From positions 88,029-152,028 of the forward strand of contig OZ246397.1 of the NCBI GenBank assembly GCA_965230945.1: 64,000 nt of DNA. Reading direction: 5' to 3'. Origin of the DNA: an uncultured Gammaproteobacteria bacterium (GTDB lineage Bacteria > Patescibacteriota > Microgenomatia > PFEM01 > JAPLYW01). Shown piece by piece: positions 8,959 to 18,432 of the stretch. The notes below the pieces were generated by a model, which was not told where the DNA came from, did no database searches, and saw only the letters and a program-made list of their open reading frames with translations. The position numbers and the translations under genes were made by a program. Within the stretch, counting starts at the first letter, position 1, and every line of letters starts with the position of its first letter.

Positions 8959-11820
8959 TTAATCAACAATCTTTAACTTATCACCTGAAAGCAAGTTTAT
9001 AGCTAAAGTCTCTTTTTTAATATATTCTTGAAGCTTTTTATCTTTTGGCCAGTCTGGGGCAGTTACTTTAATCTTTTGATCTATTCGACAACCAGTTTCT
9101 TTTCTTAATTGCTGTATTTGTCTTATCAGCTCCCGTGTTTCTCCCTCAACTTTCAACTCAGGAGTAATCTTACTATCAAGGATTACTTTTAATTCTCCCC
9201 TTCCTTCTAAAAACCTAACTTCTTTGATATTTAGCTCCTCTTTAATTAATCGGACTAAGTCAGGAGAAAGCTTTTCAACTTTCCCTTTAACAATCAAACT
9301 ATTTAGGGGTTGGCGTACTTTAATTTTTTCTTTCCTTCTTAAAGCATGTCCCACCTCACAAAGCTTACGCACTAATTCCATTTGTCTTTCTAGCTTCTCA
9401 TTAATAAGTTTCTCATCAATCTTTGGCCAATCAACCAAATGGACTGATTGTCCATTAGTTAAATTGTTATAAATCTCCTCTGACAAAAAAGGCAAAAATG
9501 GAGAAATAATTTTAGAAAAATCTATTAAGACTTGATAAAAAGTATCATAACAAGCCTCTTTATCTTTCTCATCTTGGGCTTTAAAACCAACCCTGCTTCT
9601 CGAACGACGCAGATACCACAAAGAAAGATTATCAAGGAAAGCTTCAATCTTATTTGCAGCCGTAAAAGCCTCAAAATTATCCAATGACCCCACTACCTCT
9701 TTGTTTAATCTATTAATTTTGGACAAAATCCATAAATCTAAAACATTTTTACTTAATTTTTGATCTTTTTTAGGCTGCCATTTATCCAAATTAGCGTAAT
9801 TAACAAAGAAATTGTAAACATTCCATAAAAGCAAATGAAATTGACGACGAACCTCATCAGCGGCACTAAAGCCAAAATTTAAGTTAGTTTCTGGATTCTG
9901 TCTGCAGTACATCCAACGCATAACATCAACACCAATCTTATCTGCTGCTTCATTAAAAGCAACGGCATTACCTTTACTTTTATGCATTTCTTCTCCCTTT
10001 TCGTCTCTTACCGAAGCATGACCTAGTAAATTCTTAAAAGGAGCTTTATCTTCTAAAACGGTAGACATAGCTAAAAGAGAATAAAACCAATTTCTGAACT
10101 GCCCTGGATAGCACTCGGTTATAAAGTCAGCCGGGAACCACTCCTGCCAAAACTTCTTATCAGTCTGATAATTCAAAGTGGAAAAAGGAACTATGCCGGC
10201 ATCTAACCAAGGATTACCTACATCTTTAATCCTTGAAATTAACTCACCGCACTGAGAACATTTAATCTTAACTTTATCAATCCAAGGCCTATGAGGTGAA
10301 TGACCCTCAAATTCTTTCCAGCCCTTTGCTGCCTTTTCCTTCAGTTCTTCCTTGCCACCAATAACTTCAAAACTACCACACTTCTGACACTCCCAAACAG
10401 GCAAAGCTAATCCCCAATAACGTTTTTTAGAAACTAGCCAATCGCCCATATTGTTTAACCAATCTAGTTCCATTTTTAATCCCCACTTAGGAATCCAATT
10501 AATACGTTTAGCTATCTTTTTAATTCTTTCTCTGAAAGGATCCATGGCAATATACCATTCATCAACCACCCGCCAAACCAATTCTTCTTTACAGCGCCAA
10601 CAAGTTGGATAGCGATGAGTATAAGAAGAAAACTTGAATAAAAACTTTTTGTTGTTTTTAAGATAACTTAAAATTAAATTAGGATCATCTTTGGCATTTT
10701 TACCAGTTAAATAATCATAACCATTAATATAATTAGCTTCTTCATTAATGGCTGGAAGCACTAACTGCGGCCACTTATATTCTCTTACCACCAACTGGAA
10801 GTCTTCAGTGCCGCAACCAGGAGCAATGTGAACCAAACCGCTTCCCTCTTTTTCATTAACAAGGTCTTTAGATAAAACTATTGTATGAAAATGGGGCTTT
10901 TTAGTTAACTTCTTAACAATAACTAAATCATCAAAAGGGCCAAGATAGGCAAAGCCTTCCAATTCCTTACCTAAGGCTTTTTTTTCTATCTTAAAACCAT
11001 TTTTAAAAATTGGTTTAACCAAAGAAGAAGCCAGCCAATACTTATTACCCTTAAAAGAAACCAAGGCATATTTTAGCTTGGGATTAGCAGCTACCAATAC
11101 GTTAGCTGGAATTGTCCAAGGAGTAGTCGTCCAAACCAACAAATATTCTTTCTTCTTACCCTTTAAAGGTAATCTTAAATAAACAGAATCATGAGTTAAT
11201 TCCCTATACTCCTCAGTTAAAATCTCATGCTGAGAAATGGCTGTTCCACAGCGGGGACACCAAGGGACAGCATCCCTTCCTTTGTAAAATCCTTTCTTAC
11301 TTTCATAATCTGTCTGCCAGCACTTTTTCAAAAAGCTCCAAATCATGTAGTTATTCTCATCGCTTAAGGTATAATAGCTATCTTCCCAATCCATAAAGTA
11401 ACCCAACCTCTTTGATTGCTCTGTCTGAATTTTGGCAAAATGAAGAGTTCTTTCCTTGCATTTGTTGACAAACTTCTCAATACCATAGTTTTCAATATCC
11501 TTCTTGTTTTTAAAACCTAGTTCTTTTTCTACTTCTACCTCGACCCACAAACCTTGATTATCAAAACCGTTTTGAAAACGCTGTTTGAAGCCTCTCATAT
11601 TAAAAAACCGCTGCCATAAATCTTTGTAGGTTCTTCCCCAGGCATGATGCACCCCCATAGGATTGTTAGCCGTAATCGGTCCATCAAGGAAAGAAAAACG
11701 CTTTTTAGCTTTTTCATTCTTTTGAAGATATTTTTTGACTATTCCAGATTTATACCAGCGATCTAGAATCTTCTTCTCAAGCTCTACAAAATCAACTTTA
11801 GGAGAAACTGACCTAAACAT
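8959..11820 (-). CDS. ileS: Isoleucine--tRNA ligase (type 2-like)
   Basis: DGPITAN, WTTTPWT, GLVHIAPG, YPTCWRC and ELNIKEV. The signature motifs read GVHH and EMHKS. Confidence 0.95.
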   Translation of the reverse strand: MFRSVSPKVDFVELEKKILDRWYKSGIVKKYLQKNEKAKKRFSFLDGPITANNPMGVHHAWGRTYKDLWQRFFNMRGFKQRFQNGFDNQGLWVEVEVEKELGFKNKKDIENYGIEKFVNKCKERTLHFAKIQTEQSKRLGYFMDWEDSYYTLSDENNYMIWSFLKKCWQTDYESKKGFYKGRDAVPWCPRCGTAISQHEILTEEYRELTHDSVYLRLPLKGKKKEYLLVWTTTPWTIPANVLVAANPKLKYALVSFKGNKYWLASSLVKPIFKNGFKIEKKALGKELEGFAYLGPFDDLVIVKKLTKKPHFHTIVLSKDLVNEKEGSGLVHIAPGCGTEDFQLVVREYKWPQLVLPAINEEANYINGYDYLTGKNAKDDPNLILSYLKNNKKFLFKFSSYTHRYPTCWRCKEELVWRVVDEWYIAMDPFRERIKKIAKRINWIPKWGLKMELDWLNNMGDWLVSKKRYWGLALPVWECQKCGSFEVIGGKEELKEKAAKGWKEFEGHSPHRPWIDKVKIKCSQCGELISRIKDVGNPWLDAGIVPFSTLNYQTDKKFWQEWFPADFITECYPGQFRNWFYSLLAMSTVLEDKAPFKNLLGHASVRDEKGEEMHKSKGNAVAFNEAADKIGVDVMRWMYCRQNPETNLNFGFSAADEVRRQFHLLLWNVYNFFVNYANLDKWQPKKDQKLSKNVLDLWILSKINRLNKEVVGSLDNFEAFTAANKIEAFLDNLSLWYLRRSRSRVGFKAQDEKDKEACYDTFYQVLIDFSKIISPFLPFLSEEIYNNLTNGQSVHLVDWPKIDEKLINEKLERQMELVRKLCEVGHALRRKEKIKVRQPLNSLIVKGKVEKLSPDLVRLIKEELNIKEVRFLEGRGELKVILDSKITPELKVEGETRELIRQIQQLRKETGCRIDQKIKVTAPDWPKDKKLQEYIKKETLAINLLSGDKLKIVD

Positions 11821-11834
11821 AAGCCCTATTTTAC

Positions 11835-11862
11835 AAAAAATCGCCCTTCTTTAAAAGGACGA
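11835..11862 (-). terminator. Intrinsic terminator after the two hypothetical genes
   Basis: Minus strand TCGTCCTT-TTAAAG-AAGGGCGA followed by T6. Confidence 0.6.
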
Positions 11863-11884
11863 AAGGCAAAATCTTTCTATCTTT

Positions 11885-12310
11885 CTATCTTATCATTCTT
11901 TTAGATTCTAAAATATTTTTAAATATGTCAAAAATTAAACGGCATTCTCTAACTTTTTTAATATCCAAGGGGCTGATCTTATCTATCTCTGCCAAATGTC
12001 TATAAACTACTCTTCCTTCACCTTTATCATTTAAAATAAAGCTCTCTTTTTCAAATATATGATTTTCATTATCTTCTCTATAACCTTTTCCTGAAGAAAG
12101 CCTTACTTGATTTTCCCTAATCCCATTACCAATAGAAAACTTGAAAAATGTAGTCACTCCATTTTGTATAGATATTTCCTTATATGTTTCTATATCCTTA
12201 GAATGATTATTCTCTAGTAAACCAGAAATCTCTTGGTATAATTGTTCCCCCAACTCTTTCCTTTTTTGTTCTAGTTTAGGGGAAATTTTCCCTTGTTCTA
12301 CCTTATTCAT
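11885..12310 (-). CDS. Hypothetical protein
   Basis: 141-aa ORF whose start overlaps the upstream stop; weak similarity to 12303..12869. Confidence 0.7.
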   Translation of the reverse strand: MNKVEQGKISPKLEQKRKELGEQLYQEISGLLENNHSKDIETYKEISIQNGVTTFFKFSIGNGIRENQVRLSSGKGYREDNENHIFEKESFILNDKGEGRVVYRHLAEIDKISPLDIKKVRECRLIFDIFKNILESKRMIR

Positions 12311-12869
12311 TTTTTTGCCTTTCTAATTCAAGTTTAATAAATTCTTCATTTAAAATTTTAAGTAACTTATTAAAAATTAGCATTTCTTTTTTATCTATAG
12401 GTCTACTATATTTGGATTTTTGAAGAGAGCATTCACCCCAACTCTTTAAAGTTAATTCCGAAAATCTAAAAGGGCCACCAGCATCACAAATAGCAATATG
12501 GATATCTTCATCTTCTGGTAAAGCTGTCCACCATGCGTCATGATCATCATAACCCTTTGTTGATAAACAAAATTCGAGTTCTCTCATTGCAAATCCTGAA
12601 GGTTCTATTTCCACAGAAGAAGTTTGAAATTTCCAAGTTGCTTCGGTTTCTTGTCCGCTAGCATCAGTAGTACAAGAAATTTTTTCCCACTCACCATACT
12701 CCTCCAGAAGCTTATAAGCATTTGCGTAAAGCACACGCCCTAAGTTAAGGTTCCTACATTCAGGTTTTGTTTCTTCTAAAGTCCCTCGCAAAAATTTATA
12801 TTCATCTAAAGTTAATCCCTTTGTCGTTTCCAAATCATCAATATATGATAATTCTTCCGCCTTAGACAC
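12303..12869 (-). CDS. Hypothetical protein
   Basis: 188-aa ORF with a GTG start preceded by an AAGGAG Shine-Dalgarno. Confidence 0.7.
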   Translation of the reverse strand: MSKAEELSYIDDLETTKGLTLDEYKFLRGTLEETKPECRNLNLGRVLYANAYKLLEEYGEWEKISCTTDASGQETEATWKFQTSSVEIEPSGFAMRELEFCLSTKGYDDHDAWWTALPEDEDIHIAICDAGGPFRFSELTLKSWGECSLQKSKYSRPIDKKEMLIFNKLLKILNEEFIKLELERQKNE

Positions 12870-13002
12870 TTAACTCTCCTTTGGGAATAATTAAGATAAA
12901 GTTTCTATGGCTTGCCTTTTTAGCTTTTCCGTACTCATCCATACTTGACCTTTCTATCTTCGGGATACTATTATCTATGGTTTTTTCTTTTTTTAATCAT
13001 AA

Positions 13003-14169
13003 CTATTTTTCTTTTCTTAAAAAGGTTGGTATATCAAATTCTTCTCCAAATTCATCTTCTTCAATTTCTTGCTCTTCTGGTTCTTTTTCTTCTTTTTGTT
13101 CTGGCTGTTCTTTTTTCTCTTTCTTTTCGTCTTCTTCTTTGGGTAATTCACTAACAATACCCTCTGGTTCAGGCGGTTTTCCTTTACCCATCATTCTGGC
13201 TAACTTAATTCTTGACTCATCAAAACCAGTAGCAATAACAATAATTTTTACCTGATCAGTCATGTTTTCATCAATAGTGGCTCCAAAAATAATATTAGCA
13301 TCAGCATCGGCTGACTGAGAGATAAGTTTGGCTGCTTCTTCCACTTCATTCATGGTCAAATCAGGACCACCAGTAATATTAAAAAGGATCCCCTTGGCTC
13401 CTTCAACAGAGATATCAAGCAGAGGCGAAGAAATAGCCGCCTTGGCAGCCACCTGAGCTCTGTTTTCACCAACACCAGTACCAATTCCCAACAAAGAAGA
13501 ACCGGCGTTTTTCATAATCGCCTTAACATCGGCAAAGTCAACATTAATCAAGCCTGGGATGGTAATAATCTCTGAAATACCCTGAACTCCTTGAGATAAA
13601 ACCCCATCAACCACTTTAAAAGCCTCAACTAAAGTCATCTTCCGATCAACCACATCCATGATTCTCTGATTAGGGACAACAATTAAAGTATCAACTTTAT
13701 CTTTTAATTTTTCCAATCCCTCTTCGGCAATAACCATTCTTTTGGTTCCTTCAAATGCAAAGGGCTTGGTTGTCACGGCAATAGTTAAGGCTCCCATCTC
13801 CCGAGCAACTTCGGCTAGAATAGGAGCTCCCCCGCTAGCAGTTCCCCCACCTTGACCACCGGCAATAAAAATCATATCGGTATCAACTAAATATTCCTTA
13901 AGCAACTCTCTTGATTCTGTAGCAGCCTCTCTACCAATTTCTGGATTACCGCCAGAACCCAAACCACGAGTAAGGTCTTTACCAATTTGAATTTTTGTGG
14001 AAGCTTTATTAGCTAAAAGGGCTTGAGTATCAGTGTTAACGGCAATAAATTCGACCCCTTTAATCTGATCACCCTCAATCATTGTGTTGATGGCATTACC
14101 ACCACCACCACCAAGACCTAAGACTTTTATTTTCGCGAAGCTTGCAGAATCGGGCTTAATTAATGCCAT
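13003..14169 (-). CDS. ftsZ: Cell division protein FtsZ
   Basis: GLGGGGGNA, NTDTQAL, NVDFADV T7 loop and C-terminal FDIPTFLR. Confidence 0.98.
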   Translation of the reverse strand: MALIKPDSASFAKIKVLGLGGGGGNAINTMIEGDQIKGVEFIAVNTDTQALLANKASTKIQIGKDLTRGLGSGGNPEIGREAATESRELLKEYLVDTDMIFIAGGQGGGTASGGAPILAEVAREMGALTIAVTTKPFAFEGTKRMVIAEEGLEKLKDKVDTLIVVPNQRIMDVVDRKMTLVEAFKVVDGVLSQGVQGISEIITIPGLINVDFADVKAIMKNAGSSLLGIGTGVGENRAQVAAKAAISSPLLDISVEGAKGILFNITGGPDLTMNEVEEAAKLISQSADADANIIFGATIDENMTDQVKIIVIATGFDESRIKLARMMGKGKPPEPEGIVSELPKEEDEKKEKKEQPEQKEEKEPEEQEIEEDEFGEEFDIPTFLRKEK

Positions 14170-14216
14170 TCAAAAAAAAATTCTTTCCGGGCAGGAGAAA
14201 CTAGTAAGTAAGTATA

Positions 14217-15536
14217 CTATGGCAGAAAAGACTTTATCAAGTCTACAAATTTACCGGCTATTCCCTTGCCTCCTATCTTAGATAAACCTTTACCTAATCT
14301 ACCTAAGGGAAAAACAGGGGCTCTTTCCGACTCTTCTTTAGTTCTATAAAGTATTAGCCCTGCAGCCACGGCATAGTCTGGTGATTGGATATCATCTACC
14401 AAACCACTTAAACCTTCAGGTTTACCAATTCTAACTGGCATGGCCAAAGTTCTTTTTGCTGCCTCTATCACTCCTACTGTTTTAGCTCCACCACCACAAA
14501 CAACTATTCCTGATGGAGTAAGGCCGATGGTCTCGCTCTTTTTAATTTCCATACCAACCATAGTAAAAATTTCATTTAATCTTGGCTTAATAATGCCTTC
14601 GGTTAAAGTCTTCTTAGAAATGGTTTTTTCTTCTTCAGTGATACCTAAATCAGAAAGTTTAATCTTGTCTTCTTTTTCTTTATCTTCTTCTTTGCTTTCT
14701 GCTTTCCCTTTGTTGTCTTCGGCCTCAACTTTCTTTAACTTCTTTTTAGATAGGGCCAACTTTATCTTCTCGGCTGATTCTAAAGAAAGTCTTAAACCAA
14801 TAGCTAAATCATTGGTAACATTCTTAGCTCCTACAGGTAAAACGGCCGTGTAAAAAGGAGACCCCTCAACATAAATGGCAATATCGGTAACTCCCCCGCC
14901 GATATCAACTAAAACAACCCCTAATTCCTTTTCTGTTTCTGACAAAACACTTTCTGAAGCGGCTAAACTGGAAACAACTAAATTTTGAGTGTCAATGCCA
15001 ATTTCAGAAACAGATTTGGTTAGGTTTTTAATGGCCGTACTAGAACCGGTAACAATATGCGTTTCTACTTCTAAACGAACACCGCTCATTCCAATAGGGT
15101 CTTTAACTCCATCCTGGCCATCGACAGTAAAATAACGAGGAATAACATGAATGACATCTCTTGAAGAAGGCAAGGACAAAGCTTGAGCCGCCTCTATAAC
15201 CCTTTTAATATCATCCTTAGTAATCTCATTCTCCGGCTCAGCTACGGCCACCACTCCTTTGGAATTAGAAGAAGTGATATTGGCTCCGCTGATAGATACC
15301 AAAGCTCTATTAATATTATAACCGGCCATTCTTTCAGCCGCTTCGACACAATTAAGCAAACTTTCCGTAGTTTCTTCTATATTGACAATTTGACCCTTAC
15401 GAATTCCCTTAGAAGGAAAATTAGCCACCCCTAGAATACGAACACCTTCTTCGTCTTCTAAGTTTATGGAAGCAATAACGGTAACAATTTTTGAAGAACC
15501 AATATCGATACCAGCAATAATTTGTGGTCTAGGCAT
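14217..15536 (-). CDS. ftsA: Cell division protein FtsA
   Basis: GIDIGSSK, DPIGMSGVRLE, VDIGGGVTD and a C-terminal amphipathic helix. Confidence 0.97.
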   Translation of the reverse strand: MPRPQIIAGIDIGSSKIVTVIASINLEDEEGVRILGVANFPSKGIRKGQIVNIEETTESLLNCVEAAERMAGYNINRALVSISGANITSSNSKGVVAVAEPENEITKDDIKRVIEAAQALSLPSSRDVIHVIPRYFTVDGQDGVKDPIGMSGVRLEVETHIVTGSSTAIKNLTKSVSEIGIDTQNLVVSSLAASESVLSETEKELGVVLVDIGGGVTDIAIYVEGSPFYTAVLPVGAKNVTNDLAIGLRLSLESAEKIKLALSKKKLKKVEAEDNKGKAESKEEDKEKEDKIKLSDLGITEEEKTISKKTLTEGIIKPRLNEIFTMVGMEIKKSETIGLTPSGIVVCGGGAKTVGVIEAAKRTLAMPVRIGKPEGLSGLVDDIQSPDYAVAAGLILYRTKEESERAPVFPLGRLGKGLSKIGGKGIAGKFVDLIKSFLP

Positions 15537-15542
15537 AAAAAA

Positions 15543-16337
15543 TCAATAAGCAATAACAGGTTTATTAAACCTGAGGTCTATTTTTTTTATTTGCTTTCCC
15601 TCTATTTTAGCCCTAGAAGAAATTAATTGTAAAGAGTCAAGTTGCTCATCTATTCCCTTTTCTAATTCTAAATTAAACAAAACAAGCAAATTATTATCCA
15701 GCCAAACTTCAATTTTTTTAAAAGAAGTAACTCTCGCTATTCGCGGCTCAATGAGACGCAGCTTCAAGCCTAATAGGATCTCTATCGTCTTAATTATCTT
15801 ATCTTCTTTTATTTGATCACCAAAATTAAGGCCAGGGTCATAATTAATCAAAATCAAGGGTAAGCCTTTAGCTTCATTAGCCTTTTCTAAAACAACACCC
15901 TGCTCATCAACTAAATAAAAAACGCCCGAGAGGTTAGTTTCTGACTCTTTTTCTTTAGCAGACTCCGTACTTTCTGAATCTGTATCTAGGAATAACTCTA
16001 CAGCTAAAGCCGCCACCACTTTCCTGGAACTTAGATTAAAAACCAATGCTTGGGGAAGCTTTCTTTTAATCTCTACAAAATAAATTTGAGGGTATTCTCT
16101 TTTAAGTGCTCCTTTTATCTTTGACTTAGGAAGGAAAAGAATATTTTTCCTTAAAGATAAGCTGTTTGCTTTATTTAAGATCTCAATGGGACAACCATCA
16201 CCATCAAATTGACACTCAACCTTCTTAATGAGCCAAAAGTCACTTTTTAACCACCAAAAAAGAACCAAGAGCAAAAGCAGAAAGCCTAAAAGTTTAAACC
16301 ATTTTTTCCAGTTCGTCGGCAATTTTTTCAGTCGCAT
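15543..16337 (-). CDS. ftsQ: FtsQ/DivIB-like cell division protein
   Basis: Single TM segment, POTRA-like region, C-terminal IDLRFNKP; lies between murG and ftsA. Confidence 0.85.
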   Translation of the reverse strand: MRLKKLPTNWKKWFKLLGFLLLLLVLFWWLKSDFWLIKKVECQFDGDGCPIEILNKANSLSLRKNILFLPKSKIKGALKREYPQIYFVEIKRKLPQALVFNLSSRKVVAALAVELFLDTDSESTESAKEKESETNLSGVFYLVDEQGVVLEKANEAKGLPLILINYDPGLNFGDQIKEDKIIKTIEILLGLKLRLIEPRIARVTSFKKIEVWLDNNLLVLFNLELEKGIDEQLDSLQLISSRAKIEGKQIKKIDLRFNKPVIAY

Positions 16338-17412
16338 TGAGAATTAAAATTTCTTTTTTCTTTTTATTACTTAAAGAATAAGTATTAAGATTTAAAATCA
16401 TCTTTTCAATCATTTTATAAAGATTATCAGGATTTAAGTCATCTTGAGGAAGGATTTCAGCTAAACCGATTTCTTTAAACATTTTGGCATTTTTAACTTG
16501 TTCATTATTAAAAAGCCAAGGGATAGGAATAATAAGAAGTTTTTTCTCTAAAGCTAGCATTTCCGTTAAGGTGTTAATGCCCGCTCGACAGACAACTAGA
16601 TCTGCCTTGTTTAGGATTGTTCCCCATTCATCTCCACTAATATATTCTTTAATCTGATAACGACTCTTTAACTTATCAGGCAGTTTTTCCTTTTCTCCTT
16701 TTAATTTATTATAGTCATTAAAATTACTAAGGCCACCTGTTTGATGAAAGAGATTATATTTCCCTAAAATCTTTTTTAAAGATCCTTTTACCGCCATGTT
16801 GACAAAATGAGAGCCTTGGTTGCCGCCGGTAACCAAAATTAATGGTAAATCTTTCTCAAGGCCTAATGACTGCCATATTTTTTCATCAACCTTAAAAATA
16901 TCTTGACGTAACGGATTACCTGTTAAAACTACTTTTTCTTTAGGAAAATCAGATAAAGATTTTTTCCAAGAAACAGCAATCTTTTTAGCAAAACATGAGT
17001 TAATTTTATCAGCTTTACCCATAACCACGGTCTGCTGATGCATCATTATAGGAACCCGCAATAAATAAGCCATCATTACCACCGGTACACTTACATAACT
17101 ACCAAAGGAAAGAACAACCTTAGGCCTGATTTTAAGTAGATAATAAAAAGATTGTAAAAATCCTAGAGGAATTCTTAAAAAAGCCTGAATTGTATAACGA
17201 GTAAATTTTTGCTGTAATCTACCAGCGAACAAAGGCAGAAAAGTAGCCCCTGCCTTAGAAATCATTTGTGATTCCAAAGAGGGTGTTTTATCACCCTCCG
17301 TCGTATATTTGCGGCCTAAATAAAAAATTTGCCAATTACCTCTCTTCTCTAATTCCTTAATAACCAGCAAAGAAGGAGTTAAATGACCGCCGGTGATGAC
17401 AATTCTGTTCAT
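16294..17412 (-). CDS. murG: Lipid II synthase MurG
   Basis: ITGGHLTP, TGNPLR, TGGNQGS, RAGINT and EQVKNA. The start is the ATG at 17412 (MNRIVITGG), not 17505. Confidence 0.93.
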   Translation of the reverse strand: MNRIVITGGHLTPSLLVIKELEKRGNWQIFYLGRKYTTEGDKTPSLESQMISKAGATFLPLFAGRLQQKFTRYTIQAFLRIPLGFLQSFYYLLKIRPKVVLSFGSYVSVPVVMMAYLLRVPIMMHQQTVVMGKADKINSCFAKKIAVSWKKSLSDFPKEKVVLTGNPLRQDIFKVDEKIWQSLGLEKDLPLILVTGGNQGSHFVNMAVKGSLKKILGKYNLFHQTGGLSNFNDYNKLKGEKEKLPDKLKSRYQIKEYISGDEWGTILNKADLVVCRAGINTLTEMLALEKKLLIIPIPWLFNNEQVKNAKMFKEIGLAEILPQDDLNPDNLYKMIEKMILNLNTYSLSNKKKKEILILNATEKIADELEKMV

Positions 17413-17430
17413 TTTGTTTATTATAGCATT
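17413..17430. promoter_or_regulatory. Bidirectional promoter with overlapping -10 boxes
   Basis: Minus strand TGC-TATAAT (17420-17428) lies 7 nt before the murG ATG. Plus strand TATTAT (17419-17424) lies 6 nt before the ATG at 17431. Confidence 0.6.
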
Positions 17431-17745
17431 ATGAAGCCAAATTACATGGGAGTAATTTTTACCAAACATGCCATCAACAAGCTTTACAATAGAAATATAA
17501 CTCAAAACAAAGCTTGGGAAGCCTTTACCAACTTTGACGGAAAAAAACCTGGCAAAATACCAGGTTCAACAAAATTTTATAAAAACTACGGTAAACAAAG
17601 AATAGAAGTCGTCGCTAAAAAGAACAAAGAAGGACAATGGGTAGTCTTATCCTGCTGGGCAAGATATAAAGAAAAACCACAAGTAAAAGAACCACTTCTA
17701 GAAAGACTAATCAGAAAACTAGTGGAGAAAATATTTAGAAAATAG
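17431..17745 (+). CDS. DUF4258-like small protein (possible RelE/BrnT-fold)
   Basis: VIFTKHAINKLYNRNI...IEVVAK...WVVLSCW pattern. Start placed at ATG 17431; the ORF-track start at 17383 overlaps murG. Confidence 0.65.
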   Translation: MKPNYMGVIFTKHAINKLYNRNITQNKAWEAFTNFDGKKPGKIPGSTKFYKNYGKQRIEVVAKKNKEGQWVVLSCWARYKEKPQVKEPLLERLIRKLVEKIFRK

Positions 17746-17753
17746 ACATTATA

Positions 17754-17807
17754 AAAGGCATTTGTCTTTAAGTTATTGTGAACTTATCACAACAGACAAA
17801 TGCCTTT
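17754..17807. terminator. Long inverted repeat between convergent genes, probable bidirectional terminator
   Basis: AAAGGCATTTGTCT (17754-17767) and AGACAAATGCCTTT (17794-17807) form a perfect 14-bp stem, with an inner TTGTGA/TCACAA stem. Confidence 0.7.
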
Positions 17808-17850
17808 ATCTATTCAATTCAGTTTTTGATCTTGGTTATAATCATTCCCT

Positions 17851-18150
17851 TTAGGGTGGATGAACAATAACCCCAACAGGCGAAGAATCATCCTTTATCT
17901 CTTCTAAAAGCCTGGAGGTAACTACTAAAAATCTGTCTGCATTTTCAAACTCTTTAAAGATAATGATATCCTCCCTTTGAATTTCGCTTCTTTTTTTACA
18001 GGGGACTTCTCCAAAATAGCCTTTAGAGGTTAAATTTGGGTTCTCCTTCAACCAATCATCAGGAGCAATAGCAAAAGCGTTATCTTTTACGTATTGCTCT
18101 GTTAACCAAGGAAACTTTTCTTTTAGCTTTTTGGGAACAGTAAATCTCAT
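17851..18150 (-). CDS. Hypothetical protein (99 aa)
   Basis: Start moved to ATG 18150 (MRFTVPKKL), 1 nt after the upstream stop and preceded by a GAGGAAGGTGA SD. Confidence 0.65.
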   Translation of the reverse strand: MRFTVPKKLKEKFPWLTEQYVKDNAFAIAPDDWLKENPNLTSKGYFGEVPCKKRSEIQREDIIIFKEFENADRFLVVTSRLLEEIKDDSSPVGVIVHPP

Positions 18151-18151
18151 C

Positions 18152-18301
18152 TTAATCACCTTCCTCATCATCCAACCGGCAATAAGGGCACTCTTCAACA
18201 GACCCATCTTGTTTATTTACAATTTGCCTAGTCCTACCACAATGCCTGCAATTAGGTTCATTACCATAATCTTCATAATCTTCTTCTCTAAGTAATGTCA
18301 T
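18152..18301 (-). CDS. 49-aa CxxC...CxxC zinc-finger microprotein
   Basis: MTLLREEDYEDYGNEPNCRHCGRTRQIVNKQDGSVEECPYCRLDDEEGD*, with GGAGGGAAGG SD directly upstream; below the ORF-track size cutoff. Confidence 0.7.
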   Translation of the reverse strand: MTLLREEDYEDYGNEPNCRHCGRTRQIVNKQDGSVEECPYCRLDDEEGD

Positions 18302-18432
18302 CCTTCCCTCCCTAAATAAAATTATTAATATTTTAACGTGCCAAAGCGTGCCAAAAACTGAATTTATATAAAAAGTAAACTCTTAAGATTAATTAAGCTA
18401 CTTTAAGAAACTTAGAATTTACCAGTAGGGGC

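Noticed and set aside
12862-13000. Possible frameshifted small gene after ftsZ (MIKK, A7 run, EKTIDNSIPK...)
   Set aside because: It needs an assumed frameshift in an A-run, has no motif, and is compatible with chance in AT-rich DNA.
18424-18430. CCCTACT just after the -10 box of both the 18461 and 40128 promoters
   Set aside because: A 7-nt match at two sites is too weak to call a motif without a genome-wide scan.
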